NCBI GenBank assembly: GCA_977016875.1
Contig: CDRNST010000091.1
Location: forward strand, 2,108,001-2,172,000
Reading direction: 5' to 3'
DNA: 64,000 nucleotides
Source: Pavona decussata
Taxonomy: Eukaryota
This document shows, piece after piece, positions 42,301 to 56,300 of the stretch. Below the pieces are notes generated by a model that was given only the letters and a program-made list of their open reading frames with translations, did not search any database and had not been told where the DNA came from. Positions within the stretch are counted from its first letter, which is position 1, and every line of letters begins with the position of its first letter. Made by a program: the position numbers and the translations under genes.

Positions 42301-44318
42301 GTGCCATTTACTTCTGAAATCGTTTTGACGATAGAGGTGGGCAGCAGGGTTTTCCAGTGTATAGGTGGCAAAGATTGTGAAGAAGTGGCTGTTGTGGTTT
42401 AATCCTCATGTGAAAGAATGTTGTCAACCATGAGAGCAGATGCAAAAAAAGTTAATGTTTTTTTTAAATGCTATGAACTGTATTTATCATCACGTGTGAT
42501 TATGGAATTCTCTTAAAGGGGCATTGACACGGCAATTTTGCTGTATTTTGATCAAAACTGCTTGAAATGTTTGACAAAAAGCCGTTTGTTATCATGAAAT
42601 TGCTCTTAGATCATCGGGAAGAAAATATTAACGAATTTCTCCAAGGAAGAACTAACTGTAATCAGGTTTTAGGGATTTCTCTATAATACACAAGAAGAAC
42701 AATTTTTTCAAGTTGCAATCCATTTTCACCCTAGCCATCCGCAGCCAAACATAATTAGTACTAGTTTCTGTGTGCTAGTAGGGTTATTGTTAACAAAACT
42801 GAGCCATTATTTTAACGATTCCACCGATTCTAATATGCTTTTTCGCCAATCAAAATGACAGGAAAATAGGTGACACTGCCCCTTTAAGATTGAAGTCAGG
42901 GCGGTGAGTGAATTCGCTCTTACTGAAAATGCTGGTTGTGATAATCAGCGGATGAGCAGTTGGGCATTTGGAATTCAGAACCAAAAAAAAGCTGATGGTT
43001 TGAGTTGCTGTCACAGTCTATGCGTAAAGGGGTTGTGTCTTATTGCTTTATTTTTGTTTTATTCACAGAACCATCAGATGACGAGAAAGTAATGTGAGTA
43101 ACTTGCGGCATTTCCTATTCAAGATTATATTCTTTCAATTGCACACCTATACCCTAAACCGTAACACATAAATACCCCCTCTGTTTTTCCCCCCTCTTTT
43201 CGGGACACTTAACAGGAGCTGTTTTTTCAATAGCAAGGGGGATGAGAGTGCAGCAAACCCGCAACTTTATTTGTATATTCCCATTTTAAGATGAGCATTT
43301 TTTCAGTCGAGCTCTGGCTGCCTGAAACTTGCGATAGTGCATGAAGGCACCAGGTTGCTATGGAGGGGGGGGGGGGGGGTATAACTTCAAGAGAAATTGC
43401 TTTTAAATTAGCCAAATGCCTTATGCCTAACCTATGATGCAAGCAACAGTTCACGTATTTGTCAGCAACAGGAGAGCTTCATGTTTTCGTTAAGGCCTGC
43501 TTACACATGCAATTTTGTACGCAGTCGCTCAAGCTCGTAAATCACAAGTGTAAACTAGTGGCAATTTCAGTGTGACCTGGGTTTAATTTGTCGTTGCGAT
43601 ATTGCAAAGGCATGTTTGAAACCATCCGGCAAACACGGCAAATATTGCAATTGAATCATAGCCATATTGCACTGAAATTGCGGCTAGTTCAAACATCGCC
43701 TCTGTAAACGCCCCTTTAGAGTGCGAGATATTCTTTCTCTTATCAGACTAAAGAAGCCAGTCCTGGTTCAGAAATTTGCCGATCAGAGCATCACAGAGGG
43801 GGAAAAGCTTGAGCTGCGGATCAAATACATCGGTTCAAAACCAGTTACTGTGACGTGGTACAGAGACGATGAAGTGATACAGGCTGACGATCGCTCTAAA
43901 TTGCTCTCTGATGATGACATCCATGTACTTCGAGTAGACCCAGTAGAAATAGATGATGAGGCTATTTACAAATGTATTGTCAAGAATCAAGCAGGAAAAG
44001 ACCAATGTGAAGCTGAGATCTTGGTTGAAGGTACTGTATCTCATATTTAAGGACGGTGCCCCGTAACACAGGAGTATTTTTTCACAGTTGCGGGAAAGCA
44101 GTTGTTAGTATGGGCTACTGTAATCCAGAAAGAAAGGTGGCGGTAGCGGGAAATTCTTTAGAGATAATTAAGCAGTGATATTGTATAAAGCACCAAAATA
44201 CAAAGGAATGTATGGCGTTTCTTCAAAATTGAAGCTTTATTATCTGTGAAAAATGCATGGTTACCCCAAATTTTCTTTTTGGAAACCAAGAGCACTTGCT
44301 AAGTTCTGCTTTCTCTGC

Positions 44319-44356
<38 letters not shown>

Positions 44357-47300
44357 GGCACCACCCACAGGAAATCCAAGTATCTTCAGATGCGTAGGAC
44401 ATAAGCACAGTGACAAAGTAGGCACCATCCTTAACTGTTTCGCTTTCTCGCCGGGATTCTACTTTTTGAGTCTGATGGATACTACAATGTTCTTGTGGTA
44501 TTGTTCCATGCTCAAAATTTGAAGAATACGTTCGGTGCTGTTTGTATGTAGGTGGTAGCCAACACATTTAGATGTATAAATAAGTATTGAAGAACTCACA
44601 GAAATGGAATGAATTCCCATAAGGATGGGGAAAGTGTACAGGGGTGACCTGTGATCGACTAGCATTACTTTCAGGGAGAGTAGCGATTTTTATATCTGTT
44701 TTATATGGCAGAAGCCGAAGATAACTGCTGTAAGCACAAAGGCCTTGACAGCGTCCTTGTCTGCGCTTTTATACCACCTTTTAACACAGCCCAATTGATG
44801 GTAAAAAGTACGCAAACACTTTCCAGCCTTGGAAACCTAACTTTATAATAGGAATGTTTGGTAATGTCTTGATCGACGTGTTGGTGATTGGCAAAAAGCA
44901 GATTAATTTAGAGTCAGAATCTGAATACTGTGGACACCTTTGTAAAACGGTGAAGAGAAATAAAAGATGAATTGTTTGTGAAGGAAATAGCCAGGGCCCA
45001 GTTGTTCAAAGCCCGGTTAAGCTAATCCTGGATTAACGAGAATTTTGATTCGAGTTTAATTACTAAACAATAAAGATTCTTCCAAAAGATTTTTGGCCCT
45101 CAGTTTTTGCTTCGACGTTTCTTTACCTTAAGCTCAAAATAAGCCATTAAAACCATTTTTATCGAGCGAGAGGAAAACGTCGATTAACTTCTAATCGTGG
45201 ATTAACGTTAATCGGCTTTCGAACAACCCGGCCCAGGTGACTCTTTTAGTTTCCATTTGTTCGCATTTCCTGCAGCTTGAGCTCTCATTCGATGAGCAGC
45301 TGTGGAAATTGGCAGATCATCGTTAAATTAGAGTGTCCATAACGCATTGATTCACACTGTAGCTGAAGCTATGATTAACGCGAAATTACCTTATTGTGAC
45401 ACGTTATTTTTATTTAATTACAGATAAACCTGAAGAAGAGGAAACGGATTCAGGCACCAACGGTAATAACCTTTGCCTTAATAAGTTATACGGTTAAGCC
45501 TTTTCCAAGCGACTCCTTCCCAACCTTAAAATTTTCAGAAACGTTCGTTCTCTAGGAGAGCTAAAGTTTCGCATGGGAAGTCACAAGCGAAGTGGCTTGA
45601 CTAGAGAAAGAAAAAAGGAAATTCTGTATCGGGCAGCTGGCAACTGTCTTTTATAGACGGCAGCTATAATGAAGATTACCGGCTTATCAGAATTTGAATG
45701 TTACTAAAAGACGACAGGCAAAGGAGAAGTTCTTTGGTTTACGAATGGCGCTTCTTCTTGTGGAACCTCACGGAGGTTTATTATTGTGCGTTAGAAATTG
45801 AACCCTGATAGCCCATTGGTTCCCTTCTTTTTGGGGGCTTGGAGGGAGGCCTCAGAAAAGGGGCGTGGGAAGGGGTCCCAAGATATTTCAGCTCCAAATA
45901 GAGAACATGAGAATTTCAGCGATATATTCGTGGTATAAAAATATTTTGAGATATGTTCAGAAACGTTTTATAAGTTGCTCCGATAGCAGATTAAATTTGT
46001 AGTGCAGTGTTTTAAGGTGTGTAGTGCAGAACAATTTCAAAGTAATATGTCCGTATTCACAAAAGGTATTCAATTTGTTTGTGTCGAATGTCTTTGCAAT
46101 ACAATGCAATACTTTTGTTAAGTGTTTGTGTATTTAGCATTACAGTTAATTTGTACCATTGGCTTTGATCTAAACGTAATTGATTTACCCTCAAGAAAGT
46201 CATCAAAACCTTGCCAGTTATTTTAGGTCCCCCATAAATTCTTAGGGCAATATTTGATAGACATGCCTCTTTGGAACCAACTTGGCTAACAAAGGATGCT
46301 CTGTTTATTTTATTTTGTTTTTATTTTTTTGCAAATCAGATCAAAGACCCTACTTCATTCAACCATTACCAGAAGAGGTGGAAGTTCTTGAGGGTGACTC
46401 CACTCGGTTGGAATGCCGCGTATCACCAGGAGCTGACGTAATGTGGTACATAGATGAGGAAGTGTTGCAGGAGGATGGTAGAGTCACACTTGAAAACGAT
46501 GGTGATGTTTATGCAGTTGTCATATCTCCCACGGAATTAGATGATGAAGCAGAGTACAAGTGTGTCGTACAGAATGAGTTCGGTAAGGTGTCCTGTAAAA
46601 CAGAGCTGATCGTTGAAGAAGGTGTGACCATGCCACTCATCAAGGAGCCTCTAAAGAACCTGGATGCCAGTGTAGGTGATGTTGTTAGATTTGATGTGAG
46701 GATTACAGGAGACCCAGAACCCATGGTGGAATGGTTCAAGGATGGAAAACAACTTGAAGACGAGGGACGTGTAGTCATTATTGATGATGTTGATGATAAT
46801 GACAAGGAGTTGTTTTCATTAGTGATCGAGGGTTGTCAAATGGAGGATTCTGGCACTTACAAAGTTGTAGCAATGAGCGAGGCTGGAAAAACCGATAGCC
46901 AGTGTGATTTGGTGGTTACTCGTGCCACTGTCCCACCCGAGTTTAAGGATGAAATTGAAGAGGTTTGTAGTGCATTTTATTGTTCAGTCAGGCCTCGCCA
47001 TTTCTCCTCTTCTGTTCGTCTTGCTCACAAAAAAATGTATATGAGTTAACCCTTGTGAAAATTTGAAAGCGCACTACCTTTCATTTGATCAGTAAACCAA
47101 ATTATTTCTCTTAAGATAAAGGACTGAAAGATGTAGATAATGGTTAATTTTGTCATGAAAAGAAAACTTTCTCTTCGAGTAAACTTTTGTCTAACGGTTA
47201 TTATTTTGCTCCCTGGTATCAGGTGCCTTTGGAAGGTTCCCAAGGTGACAACATAACAATGGTTGTGCATACAGGCCGCCTTCCGTCACCGACTATTGCC

Positions 47301-50300
47301 TGGTACAAAGATGAAGAACCCATCATTTCAGACTCGCATCTAGAGATCTCAGAAGAACCAGACCACTGCCAGCTGTTGGTTAAGAATGTGACGCCTGGAG
47401 ACTCGGGGACGTACAAGTGTGTTGCGTCCAGTGTCTTGGGCAGCATAACAAAGAAATTCCTTCTCAATATTGAAGGTAAGTTTAATGTGTCTTTGGGATC
47501 ACCAGTTTGTGAAAAAGTGCCAAATTGCACCTATGGAAATGATGCAACACTCCAGCTTAAGAATAACTGTGGAACCAGCAGGGCCAAGGGAAATTACTGC
47601 TCATCAACTTTCATTTAAGGTGATTCCACTGAATTGCATTGCGCATCCTTGCTGCGCATAATTTTTCGCGTCATTTAGCGTGCGCATGAGCGCGCGCACG
47701 CACAACATTGCGGGACTTCCTTGAGGTTAGGCTCGGCAGGAAAATAAATGGTCCTTTTCTTCTCAACGAGCACGGTGACCCCCATTTTTTATTCAAGGAA
47801 ATTAAAGAAAATACGACTCTCTAAGTTATATGCCAGTTTCAATAATTTTTCATTATTCAATTTCAAAAAATTTTTGTGGAATCACTACTACGATCAATTT
47901 TGGACGTTTCGCGGGAAGCGTACAACCGCTCGAATGTCCCCTATTATGCCATGGGATTAAGTTATTTAGCCACTTTATGGCGTTTTACTACAAAGTTACA
48001 GTACTGTTATAAGAAAAATGCTAGTATTTCATTGTCAGTACTAACTTTCTGGAAGTAGTGGGCACTTCTCGCTGAAGACTAGCTCTTTTAATATTGAGGT
48101 CACATGCCTAGAAAATAGTGAGATACTACAGCCCTCTAGGGTGAAAACAAGCACGGTGACCCCCTCTTTTTATTTTATTTTTCTGATGTACTAGATGTAC
48201 TTAACATCTGTAGAGATTTTCAAAACATTCTCATTACAAACGTTCTTTCGATGGAATCACCTTAAATAGCCGCCATTTGCAGTCTCACAAAACTGCCACA
48301 GAGTACTTGAAGTATAGAGTCGCCTTGTACACTTCAAAAAACTGCATCACAGGGAAGCACTGCTCAGTCAGTTTAACTGATTTCATCCAAAGACAAAAAA
48401 CCTTGTAGAGCGTAACACACAACGCAAGAAACTGCATCCGTAGTTTGGATTATTTTATGGCTAACAATGAAAAACTTTACTTTGCCACATAGGGTCAGAA
48501 CCAAGGGAAGAAAAACCTATAACCATTTCTGAGATGGCTGAAGTAGAAGCCTCAATACCCATTGAGGAAAGACCTGTGCTTGATATAACTGCACCTGTCT
48601 TCACAAAGAGGATTGATGATGTTGCTGTTGATGTTGGCGAGGAGGCACGCTTTGACGCCAGAATCCATGCTGTACCAGACCCTGAAGTTGAATGGTACAA
48701 AGGGTCACAGAAGATCTTGGATGAAGGGCGGTTTGTTCACATTGATGCACTTGAGGAAGACCTGTTCACGCTTATAATTGAACACGCTGAACCAGGTGAC
48801 TCTGGTCAATATAGGTGTGTTGCATCAAATGAAGCTGGAGAAACGACCTGTGAAGCTCAGTTGACTGTGAAAGGTACAGAGGCAGCTCCAGATACCCCAA
48901 GTGAACCAGAAATCTCAGTCCTTGATGTCGGTGAGGGTGGTGAGGTGAACTTGAATGTAACGTTTTCGGGACCCTCCAAGCCCACTGTGGAGTGGCTTAA
49001 GGATGATAAACCAGTGCGCAAAACAAGTAGACTTGACACGAAGGCCAAAGGAGACACTTACACTCTCAACATCAAAGAAGCTGTTCCTGGTGATTCTGGT
49101 ACATATACTTTCAAGGCAACCAGCCCTGCGGGGGTGACCATAAAATCTTTTGAAGTAAACGTGCAAGGTATGAGAAGTTCTTAAAGACTAATGTTGTACC
49201 GTGAAAATCCGAATATACTGGTAAACTCCTCCGAAAATAAGCTTCCCAAATATAAAGCTATCAAATCTTAGACGCAAGCATCCTTCCAATAACAAGGCCG
49301 CCCGCAGAAAAGCTTACGGACTATAAGGGCTAGCTGTTTCAAGGAACTTTTAATTGTTTGAAGCGCTTTCAATTGTTAAACCCAGTCAATTTCGCAAACA
49401 CAAACTTCTGTACTATAATAAGCCCCTCCACAAACAAACTGGCCCCGAACATAAGCCCCTAATAAGTAAGGAATGAATCAGACATTTCTGGTTTTTGATA
49501 ACCCTTGTCAAAAGGAGTTGATTTGAATGATTGCTCCGTGCCAAGGCTCTTGTCTAGCAGGAATTCCAAGCTTCCTAAAGATCTATTTGGCATAGAGAGG
49601 AATCAAATCGAATAAAATCTGTTCTTCTGCAGTGCAAGTCAGTCTTGTTGGAGTAAAAGTTTTAATGTTAAAATCGATTTGCACGGTAGACAATGACTAG
49701 AATTGCAGTCAAATTCGACGTCTTTGTGGTAAGTGGCCCAAGCAATGAATCTGAAGTACCCATATCAGTGACTGCACCTCCTTGGGCATAATTCAGCTGT
49801 TACTACTATATTTTTGATTGCCTAAGCAGCTGAGGTAATGAACAGGATCACTTCTTTTGGAAGGAAAGACAACATTTTGTCGATAACTATCGCATACAAA
49901 CAGATAGACAAGCCAAGTAAATACATTAATTAACGTTTACAAATTCTTACTCGTTAATTTTTTTTTACACAGAAAAACCTGAGCAAGGAGAACTCCCCCA
50001 TTTTATTGAACCACTGAATACTGTAGAAGTAACAGAGGGATCCAGCGCAACTCTAGAGTGTGTAGTCACAGGGAGACCAGAACCCAACATAACTTGGTTC
50101 AAAGATGACACTAGCGTGGCAGATGAAACACGATACAAGACACGATTTGATGGAGAACGCGCCACATTAAAAGTCGCAAGCACTGTACTAGAAGACGAGG
50201 GTGAATACAAGTGTGTAGCTGAAAATACTTTTGGTTCAGCAACTTGCTCGTCAGAACTTCTTGTCAATGAAGCCAATGCCAAGCCCCAGTTTGAAGAGAA

Positions 50301-53300
50301 AATGAAGCCTGTTAATGTTACGGAAGGTGAACCAGCAACATTTTCAGTGAAAGTGACTGGCAATCCCCCTCCCATCATTGACTGGTTTCGGGGCAAGGAG
50401 CAATTGGAAGATGAGGGACGAATTGGAATGGAAGACAATGAAGAAACAGGGATCTACTCGCTCACCATTAAGGACACGGTCGTGGAGGATGCTGGCATGT
50501 ACAAATGTGTAGCAATCAATGAAGAGGGTGAGGTCTCTAGCAAGGCAGCTTTGGCTGTCAAAGAGCTCATCACCGAGCCCACATTTGAAACCCAGGAAGA
50601 TCAAAGACCTGAAGAAGCTACTCCAGTGAAAGTCGGAGAAGGTGATATTGTGAGTCTTAGTGCAGTTGTCAAAGGAAAACCTCTCCCTACTGTTGACTGG
50701 TACAAAAATGATGAGAAACTGCGAGAAACTAGCCGTTTGAAGATGGATGCCAAAGATGGTGAACTCTCTCTTATAATTTTGGAAGCGAAGCCTGATGACT
50801 CTGGCCTGTACAAGTGTGAAGCAAAGAACAAGGGTGGTAAAGCTGAGAAAACCTTTGACGTCAATGTGCAAGGTGCCTTAGAAATTAAGTTACGGTTTTT
50901 TAGTTTTCCAAAACATTGTGTAGCTGACTATTGTTTTAAAAAGTTCGGTTTGCAATTGTTTACGACTTTCACCAAAGTAGGTTGTTTACAACGAGAAACA
51001 AGCAATCAGTCTAACACACCCAGCCTCCTACCACCAACCAACCAACAGAACAATTAAGAACAACAGAAACTGGATAGTGAAGACTGAATATGCCGATATT
51101 ATTTTTAAGTGGTGTTACCAGCCAAAACAAACAAACAAACAAACAAACAAAAATAAAAATAAACGAACAAAATTTCATTTAGGTATTTTTTTTTTCTCTC
51201 TAACGCCTGAATGTAGAATCCGGTATATAAGAAACACGCATTAAGCTACTTATTTTGTTGTTTATATGTTGAAGGCCAAAAACCTGAAGGTTCTGCGCCA
51301 GTGTTCACAGAGTTACTGCAGCCAGTGGAAGTTGTGGAAGGTTCTCCAGCCAAACTTCAGTGCAGACTGAGTGGTGTACCAGAGCCAAGCATCGAGTGGT
51401 TTAAAGACAGCGAGCTTGTAAAGGAAGACAAGAGAACAAAGATCCGTTTAGACGGCGAGTTGTGCAGTTTGAAGATTCTCTCAACGGAGCTTGGAGATGA
51501 GGGTGCTTACAAGTGCGTTGCCAAGAATGAGTTTGGGTCTGCCTCCTGCGCTTCGGAACTCCTAGTTAACGAGGCAAACAAGAAGCCAGAGTTCATTGAA
51601 AAGATGAAGCCTGTGAATGTGACTGAAGGAGAGGCAGCCCGCTTTGATGTCCGAGTTGAAGGTAATCCACTTCCAGTTGTGGACTGGTTCAAAGGCAAAG
51701 ACAAGATTGAAGATGAAGGACGCTATGTGATGATGGACGATGAAGACGAAGGCAGGTTTACCTTGATTGTCGAGGAGACAATTCCTGTAGACGCAGGTAC
51801 CTACAAATGCGTTGCTACCAATGAAGAAGGGCAGACATCCACCAAGGCTGCTTTAGCAGTGAAAGAGAAAATGATTGAGCCTCAGTTTACGGACGGAGAA
51901 GAAAGTGCGCCCATAAATGTGACAGATGGTGATGAGATAAGCTTAACTGTAAACGTCAAAGGGAAACCAGATCCTACTGTTGAGTGGTACAAAGATGACA
52001 AGAAGCTGAGGAAAACTAGCAGGGTGAAGATAGATGCAATTGGCGATAAGTTTTCACTGGTTATTTTGGATGTCACACCCGAAGATTCTGGCAAGTACAA
52101 ATGCGAAGCTTCCAGCAAGGCTGGCACTGCAACTCGCATGTTTGATGTAAACGTAGCAGGTATGGAGTTGGTGTTCACTTAGGCGATTTATAACTCTAGC
52201 ATAAAGAGGGTTTATAAGAACTTCGATTAAACAAAGCGGTCACATTGGAACAATCAAAACACACTGCAGAACTCTTTAACTAGAGCATAACCTTGATTAC
52301 ATGTTTTTTTTCTTCATAACTAACTGAAAAAGGAGTGTCTCGATCTTCGATTGATTAGGACATGTTGAATTCATTTTTGAGACAATTTTAAAACATAAAG
52401 AATTACTTACTCCAGGCAACGAAAAAACCGCTCAAGTTAGCAAGCTGTTTGATGGTTGAGTTGTTTTAACTAAGGAATCGCGAGGTTTTGTTGCGGAAAC
52501 TGGATCAGGAAGAAGCTTGTTCCAGACCAATGTATAGTGAATTTGATTTTTAGAGTTAATATCATATCTTGGTTTAGTTTGCCGTTTGTTCTTGTTCTAT
52601 TTCGAGGCTTTTACTTTGGTTCTAGAATATCAGCTGACAATTTTGTAATTTGTAAAACTGCCAGGTGTTATTCTTAGATGCTGGCCAATGTTTTTTTATT
52701 TGTGCAGCTAAGAGTCCAGAGGGCAAAGCACCAGAAGTAATCAGGCCTGCAGCGATTGTTGAAGTTGAAGAAGGCAAACCAGCTAGGATAGAATGCCAGA
52801 TAAGTGGGCAGCCCACACCAAATGTTGAATGGTTTAAGGACAGCGAGAAAGTGAAGGAGACGAAGCGCATCAAACCTGAAAGTGACAACGAAATATTCTC
52901 TTTGAATTTTAAGGAGACTGAACTTGACGATGAAGGTGACTACAAGTGCGTTGCTCGTAATGAGTTTGGCAGTGTGTCAACCGAAGCTGAATTGCTTGTC
53001 AACGAGGCTGGTAGCAAACCCGAGTTCGTGGAGAAAATGAAGAACGTCAACGTTCAGGCTGGAAAAGAGGCCAGGTTTGATGTGCGTGTTTCTGGGTCCC
53101 CACCGCCAGAAGTTGACTGGCTGAAAGGAGATGAAAAGATCGAAGATGATGGCCGGTTTGTCATTGTTGATGGTGAGGCCGATGGGCTTTTCTCATTGAT
53201 TATTGAGGAGGTAAAACCAGAAGATGCTGGAAAGTATGAGTGTATTGCATTCAGTGAACTGGGCGAAGCCTCTTCCAAGGCTAACCTGGCTGTGGAAGAA

Positions 53301-56300
53301 GTCCTTGTTGCTCCTGAGTTTGCTGTAGAGGCTGAGAGTGCTCCAGTCGTAGCTGAAGAAGGAGGGGATGTAACATTGGATGTTGAGTTGAAGAAAGCGC
53401 ACCCAGATCCCCAAGTAGAGTGGTTTAAGGATGACAAACCAGTTAAGGTAGATGATCATTTGGCTTTGGCTGACAAAGATGATTTGCATTCGCTGTCAAT
53501 AACAGGAGCCACCCCTGAAGATTCTGGTTTGTACATGTATAAAGCTAGCAGCAAAGCTGGTTCCATAGAGAGGACCTTTGATGTGCAGATTACAGGTATT
53601 GTTTACTTGAAGTAGCACATCCTAATAAATAATAATAAACTTTATGAACGTGCTGAAGTCATAGAGGTTTACTTGTCGGGGACGCATGTTACATTCTGAT
53701 ATGCTGAAGTACGTTCTTACAGTGTATGTTACAGATAGTATGAGTGCATAACGATGTGTTTACTTGCTTAGTTACGATGAAATGCAAATGAGTTAGTTAA
53801 AAAACAATTGTGGCAGTAGCCAATATCAGAACATGTCTATACGTTAATTGCAAGGTTTGAGATAATTACCTTTGCAAACATCGTCCTTGGTTAGGTCTTT
53901 TTGATAAATGTTGTCTTTAATGGCGTCTGTCAGAGATTGATTATTTTTCTCACCATGGGTGCATTTAAATCAGAAGCGCGGTCCAAGGGACCGTAATGAG
54001 TGTTTCCATACCTGACAGTGTCCAATCCACGATGGCCTTTGTAAATTTTATTGCCTTTTGGTGAGTGTTTTTGCTTTTTACCTTGCAGCAAAGCAACCGG
54101 AAGGTACAGCCCCTCAGTTCACAGAAACTTTACAACCAGTGGAGGTAAAGGAGGGAAGTGCAGCCAAACTCCAGTGCACAGTGACAGCTGAGCCACAAGC
54201 AGTTATTGAATGGTTCAAAGATGGAGCAAAAGTGAAGGAGAGCAGACGGGTGAAAGCAGAAAGAGATGGAACATCTGTTTGTTTGTCTTTCAAGGAGACT
54301 TTGCCTGGTGACAATGCTGAGTATAAGTGTGTGGCTACAAACGATATTGGGTCTGCCTCTTGTTCCACTCATTTAACGGTCAAGGTTTTATCTAAACCGG
54401 ACTTCAAGGACAAAATGAAAGCGGTTGAAGCAGTTGAGGGTGATTCGGCCACTTTCGACGTCCGTGTGGCTGGTTATCCTGAACCCACCGTAGAGTGGTT
54501 TAGAGGAACAACAAAACTGCAGAATGATGGGCGCTTTGAGATCAAGGAAATCAAAGAGGAAAATCGGTTCACTCTTGTAATCGGAGACGTTAAACGTGAC
54601 GATACTGGAATGTATAAATGTGTGGCGTCAAACGAAGTTGGCAAGAACACGTGCCGAGCTGACCTCAATGTGAAGGAGAGGCTGTTTGCCCCTGTATTCT
54701 CTGAGGAGCAGTCAGATGCCCCCATTACTGCGACAGTAGGCGATGAGGTGAGCCTGGATGTTACGGTCAATGGAAAACCCAAACCTGATGTTAAATGGTA
54801 CAAGGATGACAGACCACTGCGTGAGAGCAACAGGCTGGACATCAAGGCGCGAGGAGACAAATACTCTGTGGTGATTCTCGGGATCAAACCAGACGATTCT
54901 GGAGTGTACAAGTGTGAAGCAAAGAGCAAGATGGGTACTGTGACCAGGACATTTAATGTCAGAGTAGCAGGTATTTACAAATTAGTTTTCCTCCTCGTTT
55001 TAGAGTTCGAGGAAAACTGTTTTTCTCCCTTTGGCCAACATCTGTCCCTCTGTTTCATAAATGCAGTAGCCTTTAAATCATTGTGGTAATCGCACTGTTC
55101 TTTCTCTCTTTGGATTGTGTAAACAGGAAACCATCACAGTTTATGTGACGCAACGAGGAAATGTCTTATGGATGAAGGACTCTCGCTTAAATTCATCCCC
55201 AACGGAATATGAATCTTAGTATTATTCACTCAGCTGCGAGGGGCTGTCATGACAAGCCATTTTATTCTTAGTTCTTATGTATTATGGTGGTTTCTATGGT
55301 GTACCATCTCCGCCAAAAAACTAAATTGTCACCCAACATTCAGCTTAAGAGATCAACATCAGACTTTATGATGTCAACGTTGATCCCCAAGTAAATCAAG
55401 TTCCAACTTTGCAACATAACGTCCGACAACAGGAATCAACTTTCAACTTAAAAATGTGTCCTTAGAGTTTATGCGTAAATTACCGAGTTCACGAGTTTCC
55501 AACATCGGACTTTATTTTGATGTCGAAATTAGCACGGCACATTCCGACAGGAAATAGCACGGAGTGACAGGCCTGTTCGACCTCTAACAATGTAAACATT
55601 TTTGAAATGTATCCTCTTTATAGTTTTGCTCTGACAAGCACGTGTTCAGAGATTTTCCTTTTTTAAAGGAGATCAGTGGTGACTCTTTGAAGATTTCTCG
55701 TAGGAAAGGCTGGTTTTGTATTAAGTGCCATTTTTCCATCAAAACATGTTTGAGGTTGGGTGCTGATGGTTAATATTGTGTCAAGAAAGACAATGTTTGG
55801 GGGTGGTGTTGTTGGTTTTTTTTTTTTTTACTTTAATGCTCATGACCTTTCTGAAAATTTGACATCTGATAAAAATTTTTCAATCAGTTTCTTTGGGTAG
55901 CCTATAGCAAAGAGACGTCATTTAATTTTTTTTAATGTTTTCCACAAATGTTCTTTGTGAGAAGTTGCTCGTACAAATCTTAGGGCTTCGCCCTTAACGA
56001 TTTTTTTGGCTCCTTTTGGGTGGCTAGAGGAATCAAACAGCTCGTGAATGAAAAGATATTTCGGATTTCGTTTAAAGTTATTTGCTTAACGCGCAAAACA
56101 ATTTAACTTCGCTCTTGACTATTCCTTTCGACACGCGAGGCAACGCAGAGGTGGAACGTCACGCGACAAAACATGGTGACTCAAAAAAATGCGTTTCCAG
56201 GTTTTTTTCGAAAGGCTTCGCAATTGTCTGCGTGACCATGGGATTATCAAGAGACCTGGTATTATTTGGCCTTGCCCTCCTTGTATTTTATCTTGTTAAT

